64,000 bases of DNA from Lepidodermella squamata (GCA_047495785.1 JBLDXI010000024.1:3906001-3970000); one strand, 5' to 3'. Shown: positions 23,401 to 37,575, numbered from the stretch's first letter. Numbers and translations: made by a program. The notes: generated by a model not told the origin, from the letters alone.

Positions 23401-26400
23401 CTGCCCAGGGCAGCGTAGTGTTGCAATACGTTGCAAGACCCGTCTTGATGGATCGGGAAATGCGAGATGTATTGCGTAGGGTCCGGCGATCGGATGACAT
23501 CGGCAATTTCGAAACAACACGCCAGAGTTTGCCACGGATCTTCAGATTGCTGCCACCACTTGCGCCCGGTCAACGGACGCTCGGCTGAGTCCAAAATTTC
23601 GGGTAGCAACGAATTCGCGAAATTCAACCGATCAACTAGCGACCCTTTTTTCTTTAGACCAGTCAAATTTATAAGGTGGATTTTTAACCAGTCCAAACCT
23701 CGAGGTCCTAATGGTTTCCCGACCGCGAATTGAAGTAAAGATCTCGAGCAATCGTCGCCCAACTGGCTCAAATGAGGCGGGGTTGGGTAGACGCGGCCTC
23801 GGAAGTCGAGGTTAATCGGAAACCAAAAAACGTTATCACGAAATTCATCGGCAACTGAAAATTTGTATAGCGCATAGCACCATAGCGAATAGGCTTCAGA
23901 TCGAATTTTTCTGATTTTAATTCGTTCTTTCAGCAGGCGATTCTTCTCCTCGACGGGTAGGTCGTTGGTAATTCTCGGCATTGGCGGTAATTTCCACTCA
24001 GGCTGTGGAATGTCCAGTTTAGGATCGCCTCCGTTTCGAAACACCTCGATTACAATGTCCAAAATGCGTTGATTCACGCGAAATGGGACGAAACTTATTG
24101 CATTTAACGCGTCTAAAACAGGCAATAATTGCCTTGGCGGGGTGTTTTCGATTAAATTTCGCTGGTGAGACGCCTGCTCCGGTAGTCGAACCAACGGGAC
24201 TGTAGACAGCGAATTCGCCCCTCGATACGGCGAGGTCCAAGGGACGGGTGGGACTAACGAGGGCAGATCGTCCGGGCTCAATAGAACCGTTTGATCATCG
24301 CTGAATTCTTGCAATCGACGAACTGACGGCAGCACTTTAACCTCCTGCATGTTCAACGAACCGTAACTTCGGTAGATCAGGTAGACAACCGGCAATTTCC
24401 GCTCGCCGTAATCACTCAATTTATGCAAAATCGACGACTGGCCCATGGCTGAAATCGGCCGGCTAGTTGCACTAGCGTCGATTTTGACGTCATTCAATAT
24501 GATGTTATACAAAAATTTACCGACTGCCTTGCAAATCGAGTACGGCCAAACGACAGGGCGTTCGGTTAGCATGGCGGCGATGCCGTGGCGTTGCGCGATA
24601 TTAACCCAAAGTTCACGCAGATTTGGGCTGGTAAATTCCGGCTGTGAGACAACGTTCAAATACTCCTCATAGGCGGCTTGAAATCGGGCCGATTCGCCGG
24701 ATCTATTGCTGCTTTCGATGACAAAACGGCGATAAACAGCCCGGCCTAATTTCGTGCTCAGCATAGTCAAAGTTGGCGAATATGCGTCGGATAGAGTCAA
24801 TAACCGCGAAATTTCATCGACAATTAATTGCGACATATCTTCCGAACTCAAAGTCCTTAGATAAGGAACAAGTGAAATCGACCAATCGCCGCGAGTTTTC
24901 GCTTCCAGGGCCATCAATTCCCGTTCAAAAGCTCGTAAAACTTCCTTTTTCCACCCAATTTTTAGATTTACAAGTTTTTCACGCGCAAATCTCGCTTTTT
25001 GAGGGTCCATTGGCGCGGAGTTAGACGTAGGACCGCGGCTTGCCTCCTGCATGTCGACCACAGCCGGGATTCTTACGCCGCTCGATTGCCGCTCAATCGC
25101 CATTTGCCGCGCTAATTTCTGCTTCAAATCCAGATCGAGCGCTGGATCGGAAAACAACGGAGCTGCCGGGTTGTTGAATTTCAATTTTTCCTTCTCCTCA
25201 GCCGTGACATTCAATTTTGTCACGATTTCTTGCTGGTACGTAGAATTCACCCCGTTGCCGTAGATACTCGGCACAGGGGGCGGGTGGTAGTCTAGGACAA
25301 CGGAGCAAATCGCTTTGATCAGCATAGTTCGCTCATCAGGCGAGTTTATACACGAAAATATGTCATTTAGGCTGAAGCCAGCTTTTTCAAGGTGCCGAAT
25401 CGCCGATTTAACGGCAACCACGTCTATCGGATTTGTTTGGTTATCGGTAAAACGGACCAAACTCAGCAATAGACCACTGTAGCACTGCGCGTTGGGTTTT
25501 AAGCAGGCTCGGTCTAGGGCGGTTAGGAGGTCGTAGATTTTCGAGGTTTGGCCCTTTTTCCGCGACCATGCGCAGATAAGTTGGCAAACGATGGTTATGT
25601 CACGGATTTTGTGGGTTTTCGCCTGGCGGTGGTGGACGCCAGCGTCGCCTGTTGGCAAGACGCCGCAGTAGAAGAGAACAGCGGACTGTGCCCGGTCGAT
25701 GAGATCCGTCTTGATGCAGACATCGACAAAAGACTTCAGATCCTAAATTTGGAAAATATAATCAAGATAACAACTATTTCGACGCAAATTCAAGAATTTA
25801 TAAATTTTAAGACGCGTTTTTCTTCAGGAACAGTACGTAAAAAGTATTAGCGCGCAGGAATGTAAATAGACCATCGTGCAAACACTTGCTCATTTATGGA
25901 ATTCAAACACTGGATCGATGGATTTCAAAAAAATTTGAACCAAGATGAATTTTTCTGGGAGGGAAGGCCACTCCTGGCAACTGTAAACAACATTTCGTCA
26001 GGATTGAAGCAGTTATTCGCGGTCACTAACATCGACAATGCCGAAAAAATCAAGAACGACGATCACATTTATCAACTACCAATCGATCGGCGAGGCAAGA
26101 CGCTTAACACCGGCTTATATTCGGAAACGATAAGTCGGCGATCAGACACTACTCCACAGGTCTCAACAGGTTTGATGCCCAGTGCCTTTCTCCATGCCTT
26201 GTTTTCTACCCCTTTTGTCTCTATTCACCTGGATTATTAGTTAGCGGGATAGTCGGGGTTTATTTCGGGCTTTGTGGATCCGAATTCGAATTTACTTTTG
26301 ATTTTGCTTGTTCATCAGGGCCTTCTGCGTTGATGAACAGCGACGCTTTTTCAAGATTACCTTTACTGTCGAAGCCTTCTGCGGCGACAGTAGTAGTAAC

Positions 26401-28993
26401 CGCTCCTAGCGGAACGCGGTCTGATAGTGTGAACTTAGACGTTTTTGGCTCGGTTGTTTCGGGACCGTCGTTACTGCCGAAGCCTTCTGCGGCGGCAGTA
26501 GTAGCAGCCGCTCCTAGCGGACGATGGCCTGTTATTATTAATGACTCTTTCGGTTTGCTCGGGCCCTCTGCTCTAGCAGACACGTTTTGCAGTAAAATTA
26601 TTTTTGATGGCATGTCGAAGCCTTCTGCGGCGGCATCTGTAGCCGCTCCTAGCGGATTCCCGACCGATCGCGTCGGCGTAGCTGTCGAGTTTTTGAGCGC
26701 GTCCGATTTTGTGATGCCCTCAGACGTTAGCTATGCGGTAGCTCTTTCACGCTTTCCGAAGCTAGTTTAGCAGTTAGAAGTGCTATAAGACCACCGAGAA
26801 TGGCTTGCTCATCCTTCTACAGACGTGGCAGGGTGGGACAACGAGTAATCGTGGAAAAACATCCCACACTGGTCGATGAGGTAAACGGCGTTCTGGAAGA
26901 GCTAAATAAGATTGCAGTTCCTGTCACTAACGCATTTTCTCGAGTATACGACGTAAACTTAGCCATTCATCATGCGACACAGCCCGATGTACCGGATCTG
27001 ATACCTGATACAAGCACAATTGCCCAACCACGTCGAAAAAGCCGCAATGTGAGAAACCCGCAGTTGGAACCACGCTTTTCAACATAAGATAGTAAAATTA
27101 ATAAAAAATCCGGTGAGCGCGGGAGCACGCCTCCGGGTAAATCTCCACGTAGCGTTCTCAATTCTGAGATTTCAACCTCCTCCTCGCTCACTATCAAATT
27201 GTTAAAAAATTTCGGAAATTGTTTTTCAAATATTTTGAACTAACTCTTCCTCTTCATTTTTCGGACAGTACGCGACTTTCAAATTTGAGAGAAAGTTTCA
27301 GGAACTCAAGCGCTGAATAAAATCATACAAAAATCTCAACACATCTATCGCCCACTATGTTTCCCACCAAACGACGGTCTCCTCGGTTTTTCTCCCTCGA
27401 GAAACTTAGCGAAGAGCCTCACATCGATGTTCGCATTTGTGGTTCGCATTTAAGCTCAATAAATTCGATACGTAATTCCGTAAAAATTTCTTCTTGTAGA
27501 AGTCGAATCAAGTATCTCCAAAGTCATCGACTCATCGATAGCGAGTTTTTGGACGACATTTGAGGTACAAGATTTTATTATGTAAGACGGGAGAGGACCA
27601 CTACAAGAATAAAATATTTTCTTTCTAGTGAGATAATTCAACATGCCTGAAGAAGGATCATGCGAGGATTTGGGTCGACGATACGTATTCATTGAGCCAA
27701 ATTGTTGGTCAAAATTTAAATGGGCTGTTATAGCCTCTGTTGTAATCATGCTGGTTTTTATCGTCTTATATTGTTCATTGATGTTCTGAGTGGAAGTAGC
27801 AGCAATAAAAATTGCGAAGAGAACAAAAATAAATAAAGATTTTTCAAGTAAGCGTTGAAGAAAGAGATTTAGAAAATTTCGTGAATTTTTCTCTGGTGAG
27901 TGGTTTTGTAAGTAAGTCTGCTGGCATTTCACCAGTGCTAAGCCATTTATGTCACATTTGAGTAGACTTGTTGAGCGTAAAAAACCGAGTTTCTATTCAC
28001 TATCGATGCAATTACAATCGACCGATTAAAATTCCCGATCAGTTCGAAAAGTCTCTCAATGATAACGGCATAACGAGTATATTCTCTACCAAATGGAATA
28101 CACGATACGCTCAAATGGAATATTTCCGCGCTACTCAACATTTACAATTGCTTTCCTTTCGAATCAATATTTTACGATTTTTCGGTAGGAAATGCGTGCA
28201 AACTAAAGGAATAGTTGAAAATTTCGATTAGCAACTCGAATTATAAAAATAGTAAAATAGCCCGATTAGTATATGGCTTTTTACTCCACCTTCAAAACCA
28301 CGAAAAACCTCAACAACAAAGGCTTTGGCTGGGGGAAAAACGTTTGTTATAGTGGGGGTGCCCTGAATACATCTACTTCCCCAAACTTAAAAAAACTGCG
28401 GTATTCGTTCAACTTTTTTCTAAATTCAATGCAAGTAATTAACCTAATTTACTGCGATAACATACCTGGTTGAAATTAGCAACACGGCCAGAAATTTGTA
28501 GCCGCGCCGGCACGACTTGAGACAGTTCCTCCTTCTGGCCCTTGGGCATTTCTCGAAACCAGTCGAGCGTATCGCGCAGTTCAACGGAGAGATCACTCGC
28601 AACCACCTGTTGATCCTTCGCACTACTACCACCGCTACTGCTGCTATTATTCACAACCGATTTTTCCTTATTTTCATGACGAAGCGGCGATTTCGAACCA
28701 GCTCGCCGAGTTTTCTTCACATTTCGCTTTTTAGTCAGCCGATCTTGCGAAGAGCTGCGATGAAAAACCGCCTTAACCGGGCGTTGGCTGTCTTCCGCTT
28801 TCGTGATCAAGCTATTCAGCGTTGACACCAGTTCATTCCTAGGATCACCCTTTTCTTTCCCGTTTTTTACAGCCGAGGTAACCTGAGTGAGTTGCGCTTT
28901 CGTAGCAACAAACGACCGGTGTTTTGAAAGACTCGTGGCTGCGAAATTACCCGTCGATTTCAAGGCCAACCGCGCCCTGTTCGCCAAAAACAT
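20491..28993 (-). CDS. POLRMT: Mitochondrial DNA-directed RNA polymerase (phage-type)
   Basis: Exons 28993-28466, 25742-22693, 20764-20491. Basic presequence-like N-terminus, LDFRGRVYP, HQDGSCNVLQHYAAL, RKVIKQTVMTTVYGVT, FPPNFIHSLDSTHMM, SVHDSYWTH and C-terminal YFFS. Confidence 0.97.
21030..21620 (+). mobile_element. Degenerate piggyBac transposase fragment in POLRMT intron 2
   Basis: KRFEYRYLH, KSIIPYFG*HSCKQFKRGKPIRLGIK (cf. [27 protein letters not shown]), IYPG and RMKWWTAF. Confidence 0.85.
26368..26656. repeat. Three dispersed copies of a ~45-bp unit (gaagccttctgcggcg...ccgctcctagcgga) in POLRMT intron 1
   Basis: Copies near 26370, 26478 and 26615; the minus strand encodes PLGAx(x)TxAAEGF repeats. 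Confidence 0.85.
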
Positions 28994-29679
28994 CGATTCG
29001 CTCCAATATACCGATTTTTATAACACAACAATCTGAGCTATACAAAAAATGTGCAATAAAAGATTTACATTTCGGAATTTTTTCAGATTTTATTCATTTC
29101 AAAATTTTTCCAACCGAACACAAAACAAGCGAACATAACGAAATGAAGACCCATCTTAAATAATATTGGTAATAAATTACGAGTCGTATCCTCTCGAATA
29201 AATGAAGAGCAGTAGTCACACAGGTATTTTTTCGCCCCGAGAAAAATTGAATTATTGAGACAAATTAATACAATGCACAGGTCACGAGTTGTTCAGATTT
29301 TTCGGAACTAAACGCATCAGGTATATTATCACATATCCAACTCACAATGTATTTTTGGGCAGTTGTCATCAATCGTACATCAAGTGCCTTGAGCTGTTAG
29401 AAAATTTTGTGATCTGTATTAATTATCGCTATATTTTTCAAGTAGAACCAAATCAGTCTTCCGTTCAGCAGTTCAATTTTTTCATGTTCAGTTCAACAAA
29501 ATTTTTCTCATTGTTTTCAGCGCAGAAAGACACAAACTCATCATAAGAGAGAAAAAACAGCTTAAAATGCCAAATTTTTCGTATTATTATTTTTATATTC
29601 CAACAATATTTGGCAAGTCCCTAAATAATTTATATGTTTTTTAGCTACTAAAATTCAATAATATATCCAGTATGAGGTT

Positions 29680-31033
29680 TCAAAGACCGTTGTAGACGGT
29701 TTGTTTCGAGTCTTGCTTGAGAATCTTCCGCAGCAGTTCCTTTTCGTCCTCCGTGAATTCCGTTTTCGGGAAATCGACGTCAAATGTGATGATAAGCGTG
29801 CCTTTCGCGTTGTTATTCTCGTAATTCGGCATGCCCTCGTCCTTTTTCCGCAGCATCGCGCCGGGCTTTGTGATTTTCTCACGCTTAATATTGACCGTAT
29901 GGCCGTCGAGGTGCGGGATGCTGAGTTCGAAGCCGACGAGCGCGTCGACCAGGCTAATTGTCACATTTGTGTACAGATCATCGCCGACTCGCTTGAAGCG
30001 GTCGTGGCGTTGCTGCTTGATGACAAATCGCAAATCGCCAGGTTCGCCGTCGATATGCGGCTCGCCCTCGGCTACGAACGGATATTCTTGGCCATCACGC
30101 ATGCCTGAAAATAATATGAATTATTTCGATCAAACATTATTTGCATATTTTGATAATAATAAAAAGTGGGGAAAATTTCAAAAATTGAGACTAAAATTGT
30201 CCACAAAAATGAGTCGACAAGTTCAAAGAAATTCGGTCCAACGAAGGAAATACCGAAATCCCCGAATCCATTACCATCGGGTTCATCTGGGTTTTCGCAT
30301 CAATTTAATCTCGGAAAAATAATAATTCATTTCCAAAAATGTTAGACTTGAAAAAAATTAGAAAAATCCTCCTTAAAAAAACATTTTATCACAAACCTGG
30401 TTCGATTTCGATTTCCAGCGGCTTCTCTTCCAACACGTATTTGACATTCGGGCATTCATCGCAAACCATGTGCTGCATCATCTGGAAGCGACCCGGGCCC
30501 AACTGCTGCGTAACCATCTCCTGGCGGCAGTTGCATTTTCGCGTGCCAGCCGCCGGTTTCGCAACGGGCTTAACTCGCAAAACTTGAATAAAATTGCCGG
30601 TATACATTTCTTCTAGGGTAACAGGAAGTTCCATAACAACATCACCGCCCTTGATGACCTCCTTCTGACCACCACCGCCGCCGCCAAACGGGTGAAAATC
30701 GCCGAAAAACATTGAAAACGGATCAGCGTGAGCACCGCCATCGCCCATTTGCTTCAGACCCTCCTCGCCGTGGCGATCGTAGACTTTCCGCTTCTCGTCA
30801 TCAGACAGCGTTTCGTAGGCAGTGCCTAAATCGGAGAAACGTTGATTCGCCTCCGGGTCATCCTTATTTTTGTCGGGATGCAACTCTTTCGCGAGTTTTC
30901 GATACGCTTTCTTAATCTGGTTTGTATTAGCGTTGCGCGGCACGCCGAGAATTTTGTAGAAATCACGCCCAGCTTCGACGCCGAGAAGACAGAGTACGAC
31001 CAGGACGGCAGCAAAAAGGAGCCACGCCCTCAT
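29680..31033 (-). CDS. DNAJB11: ER Hsp40 co-chaperone ERdj3
   Basis: Exons 31033-30397 and 30104-29680. Signal peptide, [14 protein letters not shown] motif, RKCNCRQEM...CDECPNV and C-terminal VYNGL. Confidence 0.97.
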
Positions 31034-31682
31034 TTTTCAAAAATATTTTTCTGAAAAAATATCTAAAAATAACAAAAAAATTCAAGTCTTTTTGCATCAC
31101 TTTTTTCTCACGTTATTTTTGCGTCTTTTCCAAAAAGACTGAAATTTAAGTCAATAATTGCGCAAGTAGATATATCATAATAATTATATTATTATTTGAC
31201 AACTATATATTTTCTCTTTGAGGAAACAAAACATATGTTACGTGCTATAATATTGTTTTCTAATCGAAAAAATGAGGTGAGCAAAATTATGTGCTGTTTT
31301 TACCACGTATTGAATCAATAATTCTCCCCGAGTTCGTTCGTTTCAGATATGAGGAATTTTTCAATAGCAGTTTTGCGGAATTCACAAGAAATTAAATTTC
31401 TGGATACACATCAATAAAATTTGGGAATTTTTTTTCAAGGAATCTTGAAATTTGTTGTTTTCACCACGAAATGACGACAATAAAAAACAGAAAACACTAG
31501 ATGGTGGGCTCGCAATGGCACACATGCATAATAATAAGGTTAAGTCAACACGAAAAAAATGACTCGAGAAAAAGAGAGAAAAAATCACACAAAAACTAGT
31601 AAATGAAGAGGCACTAGACATTCTTGTATACACACAAATATTATAGCTAAGTGCAAGATCACGTCTTTTTCTTTGATTTCAG

Positions 31683-34600
31683 TCAATCAACAGTGTCATC
31701 GTTGAGGAGTAGATCGTTCATGCCGATTGCCAACGCGTTTCGCCGGTAGTTTTCCTTCTTATTTTCACCCGTATTATCGTCAACTATAATTTCTTCCTCA
31801 TCGCTGCTCTCATTTTCGACAACTTCATCAATCGCCATAGCCGCGGCGTTGTGGCTGATGCTAGGCAGATCTTGTTTCTTCGCCGAGCTCAATTCGCTAG
31901 ATTTCGGCTGTTCGGCTAATTGGTAGAAGAGAATGTAGGCATCTGGCATGTCGACGACTCGATTCGGCGAAACTTCCTCGACGAGTTCGTCGTCGAACAT
32001 GCGCCACGCAACCTCAGTCGCGCCTGAATTTTCGATAAATGGCAACCGGCCGAAAGACGAGTAATGCCCGAATTGCATTGTTCCGTAGTGATTTACTACC
32101 CCGTATAGGTTATACGCGATTTGCTGGTGTTGGCACGATGAAGACTGCCGTTGTCTACCCTGTTGCTGTTGTGGGTTTTCAGACGACCGCGGCGACTTTG
32201 CGGGCGGCTCGTCGTCTGAATTTGCGGGCAGAGCTTCGTCGGCTACGAATGACGAAACGTCGATAATCGATGGGTATGCTACGTGCTCGCGGTCCTTGTG
32301 CACGTAACCGTCCTGCGAGAAACGCTTGATGTAGCAAATCAAATAGCGCGGGTACCGGCTGATCAATGAGCGCTGAAATGATTAAAAAAAAACAAATTTA
32401 AACGATGAAATATCAATAATATCAATATCAATAATCAATATCAATAATATCAATATCAAAAATATCAATAATGCGCTATAAACTTTATTGCTGCATAATT
32501 AGAGGAAACTCCAATTTTATAAATAAGTATTCATAAACTTCAGGCCCCGATTTCGGAATAAAAATTCAACTATTAAAATGTATTTAAAGCAAAATAACGA
32601 ACGAAAAAGCTGCAGCACAGTGCTGTATGTAGCAGAAATCGCCCCTGTAGCTCAGGTTGTGAGCTCGTAGCTTATTTTGATGTCCTCAACTTGTCTCTTC
32701 TTACTATCAGCAATAAATGGGATGACATTTTAGTCTGTTTAGGTGATTCTTTAAGCCTATTATATCATGTCGCGACGCTGGGTTGTTTTATTCGACCCAC
32801 ATCAACCTGCCCAATTCACAAGATCGACGCTGAGACATGGGTTACGCGGATCTGGTCGAAGAAATCAAGAAATTATTCCCATTCAAGTTGTTCTGCTTAG
32901 TCGGACGCGTGGTCGTGCCAACAGTGGATGACAATAGTGTCAGGGCGACTTACGAAATCAATTTCACGAATGCTATTCTTATAGGAGTTATCCCTGAAGG
33001 AGCCTCAGTGACTGAGTTGCTTGAATCATGCTCTCATGATGCTAGCGCGCTCGGTTCGTCTCCTCTCCAGGCTAGACTGACGGAGGGACATCGCTGCCTC
33101 CTCTGACTCATGACAGAGGAACCTCTCCATCAACGTCGACGGCGTCATTAACGTCAAGATAAACCTTCTTAACCTTCTCCAGTCAAAAGGAGTCTTCGGA
33201 GCCATCAAGCTCCTCATCGTTCAAGCCTATGCATTTTTCGGTTCTTTCAACGTCGGTGTCCAGCTTTCTATAGAAGACAATCTAATCTAAGTTTGTCCAA
33301 GTTGAATTTAGATGTTTTCAGTTCAGTATATTTTTTCTAAAATACTATTCAAAATTCAATATTTACCATACAAAAAACTAGAAACTAGAATTTGATTAAA
33401 AACGGGTCTAAATATTTGCAACACTTGCAAGAGGTTCTAGAACTAAAATTAAACGTCCCCGAACTACATTTTTCCGATTCTTCGCGATTTCGGCATTTTC
33501 GTTTGTTGATGTGCACTGAAGCCTCTTGAACCTTTGATTTTTTTTATTTTAGCAACATGGTGCTCTGAGCGATGCAGAAAAATGATCGACGTTGGGTTCC
33601 TAGTCTACTGGTTGATATCGGAAAAATTTGTAAATCGACACTCAGAATCGGTTCTTCAGGCTGAAGTATTACTCGTAAATTGGCTGCTTAAAGCAAACCA
33701 TGCGTAATATGGAGACGGTCGAACAGCCCATTCTAGATTCGCCATTCCAATCAATTTAAACGAATCATCGAAATACTCTATCTCTAAAAACAGCAACCTC
33801 TGTGCACTTTTGAAAGAATCGGCATTGATTGTAATCGATGAGGCGCCAATGTTACATCGTTTCGCCTTTGAAGCACTAGACTTCACCCTTCGCGACATTT
33901 GTCAATCTAACAAACCATTTGGCGGTAAAGGCATTGTACTGGTACTGTCGGACAGCTTTTACGTCCCACATTATTTGTCGATAAATTGGATGAATTATTA
34001 TTCCAGCTTTTCGGAAATTTAAAAAATTATACCGCCAGCAATGAATGATAAGAAAAAAATAGAGATTCTAGTGAAGATTTGAAACTCTGTAAACCCATAT
34101 TTGGGGAAATCTAGTGCTGGAACCCTAAATTTGAGGTTTGTACTTGGCTTAGCAAAAATCACATACCTGTATAGCTGTGCGATTTTTCTTGCATTGCGGG
34201 CACATCCAGGCATTTGAAGAGTGCATCAATTCCGGCTCGAAATACAGCCGGAAGCAGTCGTTGAGCGTCACGCGATCCTGGCTAACCGGCACTGTCGTTT
34301 TAAATCCGCCAAACTGCGTGAGAGGAATCTGCGCCAACTGCAGCCGGCACGCGCCATTGCGGCCATTCAACCAATTCAGCCGCAATTTCAACACATGCCC
34401 ACTGGAGGAGGCTTCGCCTAACATGGCGTGCAAATTCGTGGCGGAAATTTCAACTTTTTGAGCAGCCGGTTGCTTCTTTGAGTTCTTCACCTGTGAATCG
34501 TGGTCATCGGGCGCTAATTCCAGCGTTAAATGCTTCTGAAAGGCGTGAGACGACTCCTGGTTGCACGTCCAATTCACAAAACGTTTCACCCCAATTTCGA

Positions 34601-37239
34601 CCATTTTCAAGAATTTATCGTACGAAATCGACTGAGATACGGTGAAACACAACGGGAAGCCGATTGATTGCTCGAACGGAATGCATGTTGCCTTGTGCGA
34701 CTTCCAATGAGTCCGCTGGCACTCGACCCCGCAATACGCGACACTCTGGCAGCGGGTACACCGGGGCAGGTCGGAAATCTCCGATTTTTTACGGCAATTC
34801 GCGCACTCTGTGATGACCGACTGCGACGAACTCAGCATTTGCGTGACGTGAACTGTCACGCTCTGCTGCTTTTTATTACCACCCCCGCCACTCTGCGTTT
34901 CATAGATCAACACATCGACGCCGTTTTTCGGCGCCGCCCACCGCGTTCTAGTCAACGCATGCACGTCCGAGGCCCGCCAGAAGTGGACTAGATGCATAGC
35001 GCTTTGAAGGGCATACAGCTTCAACTCACATGTTAAATGCGAGGTGTTCATATCTTTCAACGCGACCTGCTTAATCTCCTCCGAAGTGAAATAAGCCGGG
35101 ACTGATAGGATGATGCGTTGCGGCTGGTCTCGCGGCTGCAACGGTGTCGGTACGTACAAACACAGCAGTTCGACAGATTTCGACGGCCTGGCGATAGGCA
35201 GGGGTAGCATCATAAACGGGTCGTAGGCGTTCGACTCTTTAAAACACGTCTGACACGTGATTCGATTGCAAATTTGCCCGTAGAACTGTTCGACGAGGGG
35301 CGATTCGTTTCGCTGTAAGAACCCGGACCACGCGCTTTCAGCTGTTACCGGCGTTTCTTCGTCCGATTTCGGCTTTTCGGCTTTAATTTGCCGGCCGTAG
35401 GCTTTGTTGAGATCTTCGTGGATTGTGTCGAGTAGGTATGTCACGAATTCTTGAGCGTCGTGCTGGAAAAACGGGCGGAATCGAGAGGCAGCGACCTGCC
35501 CGACTGATTGCGCGGTGTCGACCGGGGGCAGCCGTAACGAATCGCCGGGCGCCCACAGTTCGCGGATCAACTTGACGAATTCAATCACCATTTTGCCTTT
35601 TGAGCCGAGGGGATTTGACTTGTTGATATCGCCTTCGGTGAAGCGTTCCAGGCAGTACTGCCGCAGGTGAGGTGTGTTGGCTAGGATTTGAATGACCGAG
35701 TTTTGGTAGCAGTTATTCGATTGATTTACGAGGCCTCGCATGCCAATGCGAGATCGGTAGCTATAAGTAAAAAATCAAGAATTAATATCAAATCGCTCTT
35801 TTATAAAATGGTCCCATAAATAACGCAACCATTTTATAATATTTTGAAAATCTTAAACCTGGAAATCTAAAAACCGAGGCGATTCATCCGATCGCATGAT
35901 GCGAAAGTATGCTAAATGCCTTGAATATTTCAAATACTTATAAATGAAACTTATCATACAAATAGAAAAAAATCCGGAATAAACAGGTAAAATACCAAAA
36001 ATACGAACAACTATTCGTCAAACTTTTTCAAAATTGTCCTGAAATCAACCGAAAACCTCCCCTAAACGAACTCTAATCCTAGTCCAAATCCTGGCACTTG
36101 TACATATTTACTTCAAATAATAAAAAGCGAAAATTATGTAAAAATAGTTAAAAATTGTATGCCACATAATTATTTGTCCAACGATCGGGATTTTTTTTCA
36201 ATTTTATTTCATCGAATTTAAATTTCCTTCTGTGAAATTGTAGAGAATGGGTAAACAGTTATTTCAGCAGGTATAATACAAAATACGAAAAACTGAGAAT
36301 TGAGGCTTGATGGAAAAGTTCATCCTTTTCTCAACTACTAGATTTTGATCCTCAAAAAAAATTCAAAATAATGCGAAATAGATATTTAAAAATTATTTCA
36401 AAATAAAAAAATTGTTTTTGATCACTAAATCGGTACATTTTGGCTAGAATAAAGATAACGATCGAGAAAATACTACTCGCACTCTGTGTGGAAATAACCC
36501 TTTAATTTCTCTGAAAACGCTACCTCTTATTCTGCTCATGTAGCATATCGATGTTGAGAGACGGCGATGTTGACATGGAACTGGTTTTCGGCGAATTTGC
36601 GGCATGAATCGCCGAATCGTCCAATGAGATCTTCGGCAGCGGCTTTTCCGCAGAAGTCGCGCCGCCATTCGCAGAAGCTCCATTACTGGCAGAAGCCGAC
36701 GACGGAGATTTCGGCGCAGCAGATACAGTCGCAGAGGCCACGACCGGGATTGAAACCGGGGCGGTTTTCGACGTCGGAGTCGTAGGCGCAGAGACATCGG
36801 CACTTTCAACACGCGCCCACCCAACGGCTTTCGCCTTTTTAAGGCGGATTTCCAGCTTCCGATCAGTCAAAATGTGGTGAGATTGCGCCGTTATGATTTC
36901 ACCCCGTAGGCTTTCAACGCTCCACTTGAACACAGTCTCCGGCTTCTTACCGCCATTCAACGCTAAAAATTGCTCGTCGGTTGTTCGGAACAGCACGGAA
37001 AACGCCTGAGATTCGTAATTTACGACCAGCGATTCTGAAACTACGTTTTTCAGGTAGAGAACAACGACTGCGACGTCGTTTTGATCGTAGAAATCGCGTC
37101 GAACGTGCACGAGTTCGTGAATTTCGACTTCGCCTGGTTTCGACGAGCCATTCGGAGAATGGCCGTTCAGAGATTGCTTCAACTCGTCAACTTTCGAATG
37201 GCCGTTTTGACCATTTTGCGATTCGATGTTAGTTCCCAT
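31683..37239 (-). CDS. USP19: Ubiquitin-specific protease with CS domain and inserted MYND finger
   Basis: Exons 37239-36524, 35760-34167, 32372-31683. CS/p23-like domain, Cys box GLVNQSNNCYQNS, QHDAQEF, MYND CANC...CTRC...YCGVECQRTHWKSHKATC and His box YGVVNHYGTMQFGHYSSF. Confidence 0.9.
32410..32471. repeat. AT-rich simple repeat of atatca/atatcaata units
   Basis: Seen directly, near the 3' end of USP19 intron 2. Confidence 0.8.
32735..33000 (+). mobile_element. Probable degenerate non-LTR RT fragment in USP19 intron 2
   Basis: LGDSLSLLY (cf. QGDSLSPLLF), followed after a frameshift and at RT-like spacing by GYADLV (cf. YADD). Confidence 0.4.
33711..33968 (+). mobile_element. Helitron PIF1-type helicase fragment in USP19 intron 2
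   Basis: GDGRTAHSRFAIPINL...LLKESALIVIDEAPMLHRFAFEALDFTLRDICQSNKPFGGK is a typical Helitron Rep/Hel helicase segment. Confidence 0.9.
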
Positions 37240-37575
37240 TCAACATTTAATAGCCAATTCTATGGAATAAAAAATTGATGATAAAATTAATTTATAGGTA
37301 TCACTTCATTCATCAATTCTAACGGTCGAGAACAAAACAAACTGAAAATATCAAAAGAATCGGTATAATATATGCGATATCTTGGCATCGTGGCAGGTTC
37401 GGTTTCAAGTCAAACGCAACAAGAGATTTTTTCATGTATGACTGAGTAACAGAAATCTTCAATTTTTAGTTTTCAAAAATTCTTGCTACCCAATCATTGG
37501 CATAAATTCGTTAAGTTTTAGCACTGGATGTGATATATTGGTCCATTCAATTGTTATAGATTATCTCTCTGTAAA

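Noticed and set aside
22518-25658. T7-like RNA polymerase suggesting a phage or horizontal transfer
   Set aside because: It is the large middle exon of a spliced nuclear POLRMT with a presequence exon and YFFS terminus.
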